64,000 nt of DNA from Eledone cirrhosa (lineage: Eukaryota): NCBI GenBank assembly GCA_964016885.1, contig OZ024742.1:169136001-169200000 (forward strand). The letters are read 5' to 3'. The number at the start of each line of letters is the position of its first letter. Positions within the stretch are counted from its first letter, which is position 1. Below are positions 39,341-52,689 of the stretch, in pieces. A model generated the notes under the pieces. That model had not been told where the DNA came from and ran no database searches. It worked only from the letters and a program-made list of their open reading frames with translations. Position numbers and translations under genes: made by a program.

Positions 39341-39956
39341 GAATATATATATATATATATATATTATATTATGTCAGATCACCAGTTGGTGCTACTGGTA
39401 ACATGTATTCCAGTACAACCTGTCCCATGGTCGGGTCGTTGGCGACTAAACTGGCAACACCACCAAGGTTTCTTGGTGAGGAGGGTGACTTTGGACATCC
39501 TGCAGGACTAAAAACAAAACCTGTCAAAGGGCAAAGGAGCTCTTAAGAGTCAATGGCCATCCAAAATCACCGGGAGAGATGACCCCTTAGCTTTTGTCAA
39601 GGCAGAATTCTAGGAGAAGGAAAACTTTGATATAACACCTGCAACCCTGATGGTATCCAATGATGTTGACTTGATTTTCTTTTGGGCAAATATCATCTTG
39701 GTTAAGAGAGTGGGACTGGCTTTGTGCAGTGCCTTTGCTCACTATAAAAGCTTCATGGCACAGGCATTGCTTTGTATCTGGAGATCTCTCTGCACTTGTC
39801 GTTACATGGTACCATGGGCCCAGCACTAGGTGTCAATAATTGTCACAGGTGTAGTGTTTGGCTGGACTAAAAAGTCACACTCGTTCAGCGCATCGGTGGG
39901 GGTTCTCCTACATGGATATAAAGTAGTGGCCGTACTCGAAAACGAGTTGGCAGCCA

Positions 39957-39997
<41 letters not shown>

Positions 39998-40029
39998 GAA
40001 AAGATATTTAATTTGTTGGAAATCCAACA

Positions 40030-43000
40030 AATATAGATGTTTACAACTGATTTAGCGCACTCGGCAGATTTCTGGAGTAAGTATTCAATGATATTAAATA
40101 AATGGAAACTATATTTATAAAACCATATTTATTCTATTATATATATTTCAAGGGTACCAAAAATTTTGGTACGCTATCATCAGATAAAATATAAAATGTT
40201 TTATAAATATTTGACATGACCAAGGATAATATACCTTAACAGTTCAAGTTATCCCTGGAAATTGAAGGGAAGAGAGAAGAAAAGTCAGATATTTAAAATT
40301 ATTAATATGAGTATGCAAATGATGTGTATATTAAAGGGCTGAACAAAAACGTTATTTTAGACACTATAGAAAATTTAAATATTTATGATAAGGAAGGAAG
40401 AGAAAGAGAAAAGAAATACGTTAATTTGGGGGAAAAGATTTTTGTTACCTATATTATGAGTTATAAAATTATATGAAGAATTATGGTTGTAAGTATTTTT
40501 ATCTTATTAAATTAGGATAGGTTATATGTATATAAATATCTCTATATATATTAATAAGTTGTGTATGCATTGATTGTTTATATAAACAAATATGAGTTAC
40601 GAAGGATGTTGAACATTTTATTTTCAAGTTGTGAATTCAATAATCATCTCTGGACAAGAGCCGATAGGAAAAATAATTTTGATATCACCATGGGATCATC
40701 CGACTCGGCGCAAATAACGGATCTTGTGGGCTTATTTATTAATAATACACTGCATAGAAAAATGCCAGAGATGAACGGTGGTTTATATCGTGATGATATG
40801 TTACTTTTAATTGAAAACCATAGTAATTGTGAAATTAATAGGAAAAGAAAATCCATTATACAATTCTTCAATAATTATAACTGTAAGTTAGAAATAGAGA
40901 ATAACTATAAAATCGTTAACATTAAACCTTAGCACAGGGCTCTACTATCCATTCCATAAAATCTATGAGAATCTAAATTACGTAAGTTTTAACTCTAATC
41001 ATCCTAGATCTATTAATAATATTATTGTCAATAGCGTCCAGCAACGAATTTCACGCATCTCTGCTAATAAAAATATTTTTGAGGATAAGACTGAATATTA
41101 TAACAAAGCTTTAAATAGAGCAGGCTATATAAATAAGATTAAATACATCGACAACAGTAATAAGGCAAATCACCCTACTATTAATTATAATAGGAATAAA
41201 CAATTTAACTTAAACACTAAAACAAACAAAAGAACTAGAACTAGAAATATTATTTGGTACTCACCCCCATTCTCATTAAGCATTAAAACACCTTTAGCAA
41301 AGCTATTCTTTAAAGCACTAGACAAATGTTTTCCTAAAACCCACAGATACCACTCAATGTTTAACAGAGATACTATAAAACTATCCTACTCTACTACTAT
41401 GAACATAGCACAAAATATAAATAGAATTAATAATAGAAACTTAAATTTAAACCCTAACCAAAATAACAATAATAGTAATAATAATATTTCTAGCAATATC
41501 CAGTATAATAGTACTGTTCTGAGCAACAACAACTCCGTAAAATGTAACTGTAGAATCAAATCAAACTGCCCTTTACAAAATAAATGTTTAGATAAAAACA
41601 TAGTTTATAAATGTACAGTTAAAACTAGTGATAATATATTCAATTATGTCAGTGCCACTTCTACAGAATTTAAACTTCGCTGGAATAACAACAATTGTTC
41701 TTTTAGAAGATCTGACAAAACATATTCTACAACCCTCTCATATCTTATATGGAACTTAAAAAGCAGGAATAAAGACTATTCATTATCTTGGAAAACGATT
41801 TCGAAAGCACCTGCTTACCGAAACATGGCCTTATCAAGATTCTGTAAATTATGTATTGAAGAAATTTTTTATATAATTAATTGTAAAAACTCTATTAACC
41901 TTAGAACAGAAATATTTAGTTGTTGCAGACATCGCCAAAATTCTACATTCAGAACTATATGTAACTTAATGATCTTATCTGCTCTAACATTTTATATTTT
42001 TAATACTTTTAATATATTAATATCTCTAAATCATATCTTTAAAATTTCTTATAATATATGTATACGTGTGTCGAGGTTAACTTTGCCTTTCATCCTTACG
42101 GGGTCGATAAAATAAAGTACCAGTAATATACTGAAATAATTGCTGGCCTTGTGCCAAAAGTAGAAACAATTATGTACTTGTATATAATTCTAATTTTAAT
42201 TTTTATTTTAATCTTAATTCTTTTAAATTCTTTAATTCTTTTTTCTTAATATTTTATTTTTCTAATGACACCCTCTAAAGCTAATTTTTAAATGTAGATT
42301 AATAACCATTAACTGTTTTAGTAAAATGTATCCTATTCAGGATGATGTTTAAATATTCATATTTCTTTAGAATAAATAATTAATCCCACACTAGCGATTA
42401 ATAAAAAAAATTGGAGTTATCTTTCCTTCTTTCAATCATAAAAATCTTTTATACATAACTCCGTTAATTTAACCTTATAAATTGTAACTACCTATTTATT
42501 TATATAAAATCAACATCCCTAGTAACTTATATTAGGAACAAACACCTTTTTTTTATTTACTTATAAATCAACATCCCTCGTAACTCATATTATAAACAAA
42601 CTATCCTTTTAATAAAAAAAATCACATATGCTATTATTAAAATATATATATAGATATTTATATATTATTATAATAAGATAAATAATTCTCCATATAAATA
42701 TAGACATATGTCTGAATATATTTTCCCTAAATTAACGTTCAAGTGGTCTTCCTTTTCCTTCTTCTTTAACAATTTTAGTTTGATAATTTATATAGCTTCG
42801 TTAAATTAACAATATTCTGAAAACATTCTCAATGTTGGAAATTTTTGAATCCACAAATTATTCTAATCTCACAACTTGAAAATAAAATGTTCAACATCCT
42901 TCGTAACTCATATTTGTTTATATAAACAATCAATGCATAGGCAACTTATTAATATATATAGAGATATTTATATACATATAACCTATCCTAATTTAATAAG

Positions 43001-43358
43001 ATAAAAATACTTACAACCATAATTCTTCATATAATTTTATAACTCATAATATAGGTAACAAAAATCTTTTCCAAAAAATTAACGTATTTCTTTTCTCTTT
43101 CTCTTCCTTCCTTATCATAAATATTTAAATTTTCCATAGCGTCTAAAATAACGTTTTTTTTCAGCCCTTTAATATACACATCATTTGCATACTCATATTA
43201 ATAATTTTAAATATCTGACTTTGGTCATGTCAAATATTTATAAAACATTTTGAATTTTATCTGATGATAGCGTACCAAAATTTTTGGTACCCTTGAAATA
43301 TATATAATAGAATAAATATGGTTTTATAAATATAGTTTCTATTTATTTAATATCATTG
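40030..43358 (+). mobile_element. 5'-truncated Naiad-type Penelope-like element with an inverted copy of its 3' end at the left
   Basis: FDITMGSSDSAQ..LVG, GLYRDD, SNHP, RNIIWYSPPFS, KLSYS, CNC.....CPL..KC, CKLC.EE, INLRTE..SCCRH, with a frameshift at about 40920. 40085-40634 is inverted at about 42868-43358. Confidence 0.9.
43253..43314 (+). ncRNA. Minimal type I hammerhead ribozyme (inverted copy 40130-40191, minus strand)
   Basis: (T/A)ATTTTAT-CTGATGA-tagc GTACCAAAA t TTTTGGTAC cctt-GAAA-T(ATAT)ATA^ATAGAATA. Confidence 0.78.
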
Positions 43359-43586
43359 TATATATATATATACATATGTGTGTGTATATAGATATAGATA
43401 TATGTATGTATATAGGTATATGTGTGTGTGTGTAAGTATATGAGTATGTGTATGTATGTTGTTCAGTAATTTTGATGACTACTGGAGGTTGCACTAATAT
43501 GAGCACTCAGTGCTATAGCAGAGTGCTTTTCTCTCCCTCTCCCTCTCTCTCTGCATGTGTGTGTGTATGCAACAAAAATCACTTAC

Positions 43587-43762
43587 CCTCATGTATAATT
43601 TCTATAATATCTCCTTCTTCGAAAGCCAATTCATCTGTATTTTGTGGATCATATCTATAGAGGCAGCGACATGTTGGAAGAGATGGCTTTGGAGGTGGTT
43701 TCATTTGGGGTTTTGGTTTTGTAGGGCGAAAAGATGGTGGTGGATTTTTGGGTCGTAAAGGC
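43587..43762 (-). CDS. Class I myosin (MYO1E/F-like) exon: Pro-rich linker and first half of SH3
   Basis: CAG| ...[38 protein letters not shown] |GTAAGT. Phase is compatible with exon 45555-45693. Confidence 0.88.
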
Positions 43763-44376
43763 CTGCAATACAATCACATTCAAGATAAGTTTCTAAAATG
43801 CTAATAAGAGAAATGATTGTAACCAGAACACAAACAGAAAAGAAATTTCAGATGATTGACATACTGTGGAAGAAGGCTGATGTGTGGTGGCTTGTGCAAG
43901 GCTAATGAGAGTGGGCACAATGTGGCTGACAAGAAGAGAAATGTTTGAGTCAGGTTGGTCTATATGGAGCTGAGAGCAGCCAATCCTGAAGTGCAGAGAC
44001 CACTGTGGTAGCAGTAGAAAAACGGAATGAAAGGAGAACAGAGTAGGGAGGTAAAAACTGTGGCGTGTTGTTGAGCTACTCCATTCCTATCAGTTACAAG
44101 GCTTTGGAGTAATGAATGCAGTGTTTATGTGTGCAGCAGCAGTAGTCCTTGAAGTGGGAGCTGTTTCCTTTGTAAGCCTCACCTGTTTTTATCTCAAGTA
44201 TTTTGTGCCCCTAATGAATAAAACCAATCTTTGAGAATGAATTGTGTTCAGATTGATATATAATGTGATTTTTAGTGTGATATAATTGGAGTATATAATG
44301 TAACTAGTGTGATAGAGGTGGATTATATAGAGAAATTGTCAGGTTACTTGATTGTAAAATATAAATATTGAATTAA

Positions 44377-44597
44377 CCCTTTAGCATTTAAACTGGCTGT
44401 ATCCAGCTAGAATTCTTTCACCTCTCTCTGTTCAAACCAGCCATAACTGGCCAGCCGTACTGATGTTATGGTATTGTTCTCAAAATAAATAATATCAAAA
44501 TCTCATAGATCCAATATTATGTCAGATAATCATGTGAGGTAAAGCCTTTACCATGAAAATATAATAGTAAATATAGAGTAATGTAAATGTTAAAGGG
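44377..44597. mobile_element. piggyBac-type MITE (partial second copy about 51293-51452)
   Basis: TTAA|CCCTTTAGCATTTA ... TAAATGTTAAAGGG|TTAA. Confidence 0.8.
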
Positions 44598-44714
44598 TTA
44601 AAGGCAGTGATACATGTATAAGTTGTTGTTTGATAGGCATCTGGTTGTAGAATATTGCCTCAAAAAGCCTCATCTAACCCATGTCAGCATAGAAAAGCAG
44701 ATATCATAATGATA

Positions 44715-44902
44715 ATAATTTGTTCTACTTTTCGCACAAGGCCATCAATTACCCAGTGCATTACTGATACTTTATTTTATCAACCCTGTAAGGATGAAAG
44801 GCAAAATTAACCTCGGCGGAATTTGAACTCAGAATGGCAAGGGCCGTAACTCTATACGTCAAAGCATGGTGTCCGACCCGCTACCGATACTGCCAATCCA
44901 AC
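44715..44902 (-). mobile_element. tRNA-derived SINE family 1 (other copies about 42070-42172 +, 56123-56293 -, 12812-12875 -)
   Basis: Matches the reverse complement of the 13201-13390 SINE. Confidence 0.85.
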
Positions 44903-45554
44903 ACACATTGATAATAATATAAGAAGAAAGTCTTGTATGTATATTATATAGAGAAATTGTGAAGTTACTTGGTTGTAAAATATAAACATCGAATTAAATG
45001 TGGTGATATAGATTTGTCATTGTTTGTTGGGCAATATTAACACATGAGAAAAGTTTAGTTAATTGAGAAATTAACAGAACATAAAAGTCATCAATGTAAA
45101 GCAAGGGAAACAACTACGTGGGTAAGAACAGGAAATAAAATATATGAAAAAGATGATCCTTACATTGAATTTGAATAAAATATTGTACCTTCTTCCCATG
45201 ATGTGCTAAGTATGTGCTTATTTTGTTTCAAGGTTAATCAAGCCCTATAGATAATTTTTCGACCTAAAACCAATTTCCTCACTGGAAACCAATCTCAGGA
45301 TACATTCTTATGGCTTGGAATAGAATATTAGGAAATAAACAATGACAATGTGGTTTAGAAGACTGAAGTTATCATTGTCATTGTTACAACGTGTAAGGAA
45401 AATAGTGTATCTATTTTAAAAACAGAAATATGTGGCAAAAGATATGAAAACCTCCAACTCCAGCCATAACTAATCTCAGTACATTCTCACGTTATACAAT
45501 GAATGAGGTAGAATATATAATAGAGAATTACTTAAATATGAATAGTGTACCTAC

Positions 45555-45693
45555 TTTTGTTGTGTAGCTTGTGTTGTATCTACTGTAGTTTTCTGTGATC
45601 CTTTGGGGGCAGAATCCATGAAATTGTTGTTGATTAGCTTTTTAGGTTTCATCGGTTTCTGGATATCAGTAGCCATGTGTTTCTTGCTATTTC
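45555..45693 (-). CDS. Class I myosin TH2 exon (139 nt)
   Basis: TAG| 2+135+2 nt, open (NSKKHMATDIQKPMKPKKLINNNFMD...) |GTAGGT. Phases join both neighbouring exons. Confidence 0.7.
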
Positions 45694-45894
45694 CTACAAT
45701 TTAAGAACAACACAACAGTAATAATTACAACAGTTTGCATTGTGGTGCAGAGTAGCCAAATATAGACAAGGAAAAATAGTTAATCTTTGTTTCAGCTAAA
45801 AGTTTCAGAAGAAAAAACAGTGTTAATGACAAAAGATGTAAAAGGCAATAGAAATTTTCTTTTAACTGCATCAGTGACTTATTCATATTCAAAT

Positions 45895-46501
45895 ATGTAA
45901 AGTGGTTGTGATGGCAATACAACAAAAAGCATCCAGCCCACACTGTAAAGTGGTTGTGTAGGTGTCATGAAAAAAAGCACCCAGTCAACACTGTAAAGTG
46001 GTTGTGTAGGTGTCACAACAAAAAGCACCCAATACTCACTATAAAGTAGTCGTGTAGGTAGCATGATAAAAAGCACCCAATACTCACTGTAAAGTGGTCG
46101 TGTAGGTGTCACGACAAAAAGCACTCAATACTCACTATAAAGTGGTCGTGTAGGCATCACGTCAAAAAGCAACATCCACACTGTAAAGTGGTCATGTAGG
46201 TGTCACAACAAAAAGCACCCAATACACACTGTAAAGTGGTTGTGTAGGCATCACGGCAAAAAGCACCCAGTACTCACTGTAAAGTGGTCGTGTAGGTGTC
46301 ACAACAAAAAGCACCCAGTACTCACTGTAAATGAGGTTGGCACTAGGAAGGGCATCCAGCTGTAGAAACCAAGCCAAAACTGGTTCTGTATGAGCATGAC
46401 ATGGTCATCTGACCTAGCATTGCTCACAAGGTAACTTATCTAACCCATGCCAGCATGGAACATGGACATTAAATGGTGATGGTGATGATGATGATGATGA
46501 T
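45895..46501 (+). repeat. ~43-bp minisatellite (about 10 units) expanded from the RTE/SINE 3' UTR, ending in the RTE tail and (GAT)n
   Basis: Unit AAAAAGCACCCAGTACTCACTGTAAAGTGGTCGTGTAGGTGTCAC. The same unit occurs 1-2 times in RTE family A UTRs. Confidence 0.85.
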
Positions 46502-47194
46502 AAAATAAAGCAATGAGAAAAAAACATATACAATATGTTTGTTTGTATTAAACATACGAGTGTATTGCTATGAATTTGTATTTTAGGCTGTGATCATGTC
46601 ACAGCTATCTCAGTCACGGTGAGAATGCCAGATAGTTATTTCTGGGCTTTTATGCTAGTGCAACTTCTAATTATCTCATATCTTATGTCTCAGTTTAATA
46701 GGATATAACATAGCACAACAAACACAAACTAATTAACTAGAATAAAAAAAAATATATTTAATATTTGATTGACATATCTGCTTTCTTTTCTCTATTTTGC
46801 TCTTTTCCTTTGCTGTGTAAATATTCATATGTTAATGGTATGACTAGCTGCAAGTTGAGAATTTAACTATTTCTGTTATCAAATTTTCTATATTATCATC
46901 ATCATCGTTTAACACCTATTTTTCCACACTTGCATGGGTTAGATGGGCTGTCATGTTATGAGACAAGTCAGGTCAGGAGACAATGTCTTGCTCATTCGGA
47001 TCTGTATTGTTTTCTACTTTGCTTTTTGCTTTTTCTTTTCTATGTAAATATTCAAATATCCAATTAACCACACATCAGCAATTAACAGCAGTTTCTCTAG
47101 TTAACACTTCAGACAAATATTAGAGATTGTATAGTGATGATAGGCAATAACTTGAAACTACTTCACCTTACTAAGATGATATGAATACACTAAC

Positions 47195-47320
47195 CTTTCA
47201 GATGTAGAGGTGGTTTTGATGATGGAGGTTGTGGTTTTTGCTGTGGAGGCTTAGAAAATGGTGTTGGGGGTTTATGTTTACTTCTTGTGTTGTTAACTCT
47301 TGATAACTCCATATTAGGTC
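47195..47320 (-). CDS. Class I myosin TH2 Pro-rich exon (126 nt)
   Basis: TAG| (R)PNMELSRVNNTRSKHKPPTPFSKPPQQKPQPP.. |GTTAGT. Splicing recreates GPGLPNHS-RP, resembling the MYO1E GPGLP.NSRP motif. Confidence 0.8.
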
Positions 47321-48487
47321 CTACATGAGATGTAAAAATATAGAAATGATAATAACAATAATTGTCGCAATGGGACACAGATGAAGAAACATCACAAAGA
47401 CAATTACACAAACAGCTGGAAGTTCCACAGAATTTTTAAAAAAACAACAGGCATGAAAAATAATGGTATTGACAGAAATTAATTGAAATGTCCCAATATG
47501 AGATTCAGTCACCTAGAACCAATTAAAAAAAACCTACTAATCTATGACTAATCTGATTACCAAGAAGTGCTCTCTCTCAGATATGTTCTCCCATTGCTCA
47601 AGTATATACTGAAAGTGAACCCACCCACTTTCCAGCAAATTTACTATACAGCACCACTTCTCTCACCACCAACACCTTACTCTCCACTACCTTCACCTTC
47701 CTTTCAACCACCACCACCAGCACCTCCACCACAACCACCTCCCTCTCCACCACCAACACTTTCTACCTTCATTTCACTCTCCACCATCACCACCACCTCC
47801 TCCAGCAGCACCACTTCCCTCCACTCCAACCTTCATATATATATATATAGATAGATGATGACAATCCAGCTATGTTTTACTCATACAGATCTGTATTTTG
47901 GCTTGATATTTACAACTGGATGCCCATCTTAATATCAACCATGTTACAGTGTAAAATGGGTGCATTTCAACATGACATGAAAATGACCACTTAACAGAGT
48001 AAACTGGGTGCTTTTTTTGTCATGTCACCAGCAAAAGCATCTTACAGAGTAAGCTGGGTGCATTTTGTTGTATCCCCAGCATGACCACCTTACAGGGTGA
48101 ACTGGGTGCTTTTGTCATGGTATTGTGGGAGATCAGATGTAGAATGTGTCCAGCTTTCATGTTTGTATGTTTGGGTTGGGCAGACAAGGTGTATCGGGAT
48201 GAGGACAACTAAGCAAGTTCGACGTTGACGAGGTGCATAAGATGTTTAGCTGGTATGAGTGTGGTATTAAGATTGGGCAGAAGAGAAGATTGGTCCAGAC
48301 TGCTTTGTCCTCTCGATGCTTGTTTCATTACATTTTGCGCACATGGGAAGACGCCGGTCTTCTGCAGTAAAGCATGATGCCAAAGATCTCAATCCCATAT
48401 CATCTCCTTTGTGAGGTCTAATTGGACAAAGTCAGCTTTTATCGCTTCACCCCAAACTTTCCTCGATCTACCTTTTCAATAGTTTAT

Positions 48488-50710
48488 ATTTATTATTTAA
48501 CAATGGCATTTATTTATCTATTTATATATTTAATTATTGTCTATTACCGATTTCAGCATTTATATGCATTATCAAATGATAGTGAAATGTATTAGTGTGG
48601 TGTCGCACATGTTAAACAGAAGGTGCAGAAAGAATAATGTTATTTACAAACAAGGTTTAAGAAGTGAAAAGAAAAAAGAAAAAGGAAAAAAAAACGTGCA
48701 TAATGTGGAATGTAAAAAGTCAATGTGGAAGAAAAAATAATGTTATTTACAAGCACAGTCATTGAAGCTAAGCAGTTCAAAATGTGTTAATATCGCAAGA
48801 GTGCTTAGTTGAAGCATGGTTCCGCGAAGGAGGCAAATGGTGGATTGGTTTGATATGATTTCCCTTTTTAGAGAGTTAATATGCAGGGGGAAGCAATTCT
48901 TGCTGGGTGATATTTAATTTATTTAAGAAAAAGGATTAGGTAGGGTGTGAGGGAGGTAACTCTTGTAAATGTTTGATGGTTTGTTGCAGTTTTAGATTGG
49001 TCCGATTTTTAGGGCATTGGGTAGTGGTTAAAATTTATTAATGAAATGTGTTTCCTTATCGGTACGTTGGATGAAAGTAGCGTTGTCTATGAATTTGTAA
49101 ATGGGGAAAATTTTAAAGTCTGGATGTTGGTTGAGAGCACAATTGGCGATATGTTCACTAAATGCAATCTTCCTGTATTCCTGCATTTTAATTTGTGATT
49201 TATGGACAGTCATACGTTGACGGAGGTTGTTTTTTTGTCTGTCCTATGTAGTGCTCTTGACAACCTGAGCATGTCAAAACATAGATAAGGTTTTCAGATG
49301 CACATGTAAAGTTGTGTTTAACTGTGAAACGTTGTCCTTATTTAAAATGGAATGTTGAATCTTCTATTAGATTTATGCATATGCCACACACACAATCCCC
49401 TCAACAATGAGGCATTCGACACCATCCTCCAGAACATTCCTTTACTAAAAAGAGACCCAAGAATGAACAATATCCTCCAAACACACAACATCATAAAGAA
49501 CAAAAGACAACCCAAATCCATAAAAAACATCCTCACACAAGCCAAAATCCAACAAACCCTCACAATGAACCCTACAGTAACAAAATGCGGAAGGCCCAAC
49601 TGTGGCATATGCATAAATCTAATAGAAGATTCAACATTTCATTTTAAACAAGGACAACGTTTCACAGTTAAACACAACTTTACATGTGCATCTGAAAACC
49701 TTATCTATGTTTTGACATGCTCAGGTTGTCAAGAGCACTACATAGGACAGACAAAAAACAGCCTCTGTCAACGTATGACCGTCCATAAATCACAAATTAA
49801 AATACAGGAATACAGGAAGATTGCATTTAGTGAACATATCGCCAATTGTGCTCTCAACCAACATCCAAACTTTAAAATTTTCCCCATTTACAAATTCATA
49901 GACAAGGCTGCTTTCATCCAACGTACCAATAAGGAAACACATTTCATTAATAAATTTCAACCACTACTCAATGCCCTAAAAATCGGACCAATCTAAAACT
50001 GCAACAAACCATCAAACATTTACAAGAGTTACCTCCCTCACACCCTACCTAATCCTTTTTCTTAAATAAATTAAATATCACCCAGCAAGAATTGCTTCCC
50101 CCTGCATATTAACTCTCTAAAAAGGGAAATCATATCAAACCAATCCACCATTTGCCTCCTTCGCGGAACCATGCTTCAACTAAGCACTCTTGCGATATTA
50201 ACACATTTTGAACTGCTTAGCTTCAATGACTGCGCTTGTAAATAACATTATTTTTTCTTCCACATTGACTTTTTACGTTCCACATTATGCACGTTTTTTT
50301 TTCTTTTTTTCTTTTTTCTCTTTTCTTTTTTCTTTTTTCTTTTTTCTTTTTTCTTTTTTCTTTTTCCTTTTTCCTTTTTCCTTTTTTCTTTTCACTTCTT
50401 AAACCTTGTTTGTATATAACATTATTCTTTCTGCACCTTCTGTTTAACATGTGCGACACCACACTAATACATTTCACTATCATTTGATAATGCATATAAA
50501 TGCTGAAACCGGTAATAGACAATAATTAAATATATAAATAGATAAATAAATGCCATTGTTAAATAATAAATAAATCAACTAATATATTAACACTTCACAC
50601 AAAGTAAAACATTTCGTTTTAATCATTTTCTAACCCAGAAAAAAGAGAGAAACAAAAAAGGAAAAAAAATATATTTTCTTCCTCATAATCGTTTCTTTCT
50701 CCCTGTTTTC
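48488..50710. mobile_element. Second Neptune-type PLE, 5'-truncated, with a ~0.9-kb inverted duplication of its 3' end
   Basis: ORF 49352-49996 closely resembles the GIY-YIG end of the 28068-30215 protein. 48488-49388 is the reverse complement of 49601-50571. Confidence 0.92.
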
Positions 50711-50769
50711 ATATATATATATATATATCCTAACTCATGTGCCTCCTCTCCACATTTTATTATTATATA

Positions 50770-50814
<45 letters not shown>

Positions 50815-51739
50815 CTGCCACTACCATCATCGTTTTTACATCCATTATTCCATGCTTGAATGGGTTGGACAGGTCTGTTTCAGAACAGCATCTCTCCACT
50901 TGCCACGTTTCTTTGGTCATCTCCTCTGTGTGTCTCAGTGATTTGATATCAGGTCCCAGCACCTCTGCTCAGGTCTTTCTCAGTCCCAAGTCTTCCTAGG
51001 CATGCCCACTCCATGGCTTTCAACAACTTTGAGCGCTCTGCACCTTTTTATACAGCTATCATCCTTTATACGCATCACATGTCCATACCAATGCAATCTC
51101 CTCTCCTGCACACAGTATCAGATCCCTCTTATGCTTAATTTCTCTCTCAGCTCGTTTATGCTTGGCCATTCCTGTATATTATTACTATTGCACATCCATC
51201 AAAGCATGGAGGCTTCATTTCTTTCCAATCTTCACAGGTCCTCTACACACAGTGCCCCGGTCTTGCTGCAGAAAATCCAGTGATAACCATAAGCCTTTAG
51301 CATTTAAACTGGCTGTATCCAGCCAGAATTCTCTCACCTCTTTATTTTCAAATCAGCCATAACTAGCCATTCATACTGATGTTAAGGTATCGACAGTCGA
51401 TTGACTTTCGTCAAATTGTGAAAATATAATAGTAAACATAGAGTAATGTAAATGATGTGAAGGCACATGGCTTAGTGGTTAGAGCATTGGACTTGCAATC
51501 GAAAGGTTGTGAGTTCAATTCTCGGACCAGGTGATGTGTTGTTTCCTTGAGCAAGACACTTTATTTCACGTTGCTCCAGTTTACTCAGCTGTAGAAATGA
51601 GATGATAGGACTGGGGTCCCTATCATTAAATTACCCAATACACCTCCAATGAGATATACCTTGGAGGAGGCCAGCTAAACCTGCATAGGTGTGAGCTGTC
51701 ACACACACAATGTAAATGATAAAAGGTTAAATAACTTAC

Positions 51740-51888
51740 TGCTGTGATTTGGAAGCCCTGGTCCAATACTAACATGAAGACATTTACCAGTTACTCTCTT
51801 TTCAGTATTATTGCCTGCTCCAGTATGAAATTCCACCTGTTTTTCACGACCACCTCGCCACCCAGTTTTTTTTACATTATATTCAAAT
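51740..51888 (-). CDS. Class I myosin exon: end of TH1 domain (149 nt)
   Basis: CAG| FEYNVKKTGWRGGREKQVEF...KCLHVSIGPGLPNHS |GTAAGT. KK.GW and VSIGPGLP are MYO1E/F TH1 hallmarks. Confidence 0.88.
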
Positions 51889-51929
51889 CTGGAAAACAAA
51901 CAAAATTGAGTGAACATAATGGCATGTTA

Positions 51930-52280
51930 TTGTAGTTGTTACTGTTGTTTTGTGTCTGTTGTTGTTGTTTTGTGTCAGTGTTGTTACTGTTGCTTTATGT
52001 CAGTGCTGTTGTAGTTACTGTTGCTTTATGTCAGTGCTGTTGTTGTTACTGTTGCTTTATGTCAGTGCTGTTGTTACTGTTGCTTTATGTCAGTGCTGTT
52101 GTAGTTACTGTTGCTTTATGTCAGTGCTGTTGTTACTGATGCTTTATGTCAGTGTTGTTGTTGTTACTGTTGTTTATGTGGTAGTGTTGTTAATGTTATT
52201 GTTTTGGTGTCAATGTTGTTGTTTGGTGTCAATGCTGTTTTGTTGCTACTGCTGTTTATGTTGTGTTGTTGTTGTCATTC
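51930..52280 (+). repeat. ~28-31-bp minisatellite (TGTTGCTTTATGTCAGTGCTGTTGTAGTTAC) beside the myosin acceptor site
   Basis: Direct tandem units are visible. Confidence 0.85.
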
Positions 52281-52689
52281 AGCCTTGATCTAGCAGACCC
52301 ATGATAAAATGGATTCCAATCATGAATGTCCCTTTGTTTTTCTTTTCCTGTGTGCAGTGAACCCCAGGTGGCATTCTGTAATAGCTCCTTTTTTTTTTTA
52401 ACAATGTTAGCATCAGCTTGAGGGGGATTGATTTGATATTTCTAGAGGATCAAGCAGCTCCATTTTAATATACAATTTGCAATATTAAATCTACTAACAG
52501 TGCTTATAGTCAGTATAAAATCATAAAGTATGACTGGAAGTAGCTAAATAACAATTCTAATTAGTAAATGAATGGTCATCGTTCATTTACAATAATTAAC
52601 CCTTTTGATACCAACCTGCCCCAAACCACTTCTGTTTCTATGGATGAAAACCACCCTTTTAGAAGGTAGTTATCTATTCAGCTGAGCTG

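Noticed and set aside
40922-42115. Possible selenocysteine (in-frame TGA) as reported for some Naiad PLEs
   Set aside because: The frame from 40922 through the C-terminal Cys motifs has no in-frame TGA.
47567-47854. Pro-rich + strand ORF near the myosin exons
   Set aside because: It is a low-complexity CCA/CCT tract on the opposite strand with no splice support.
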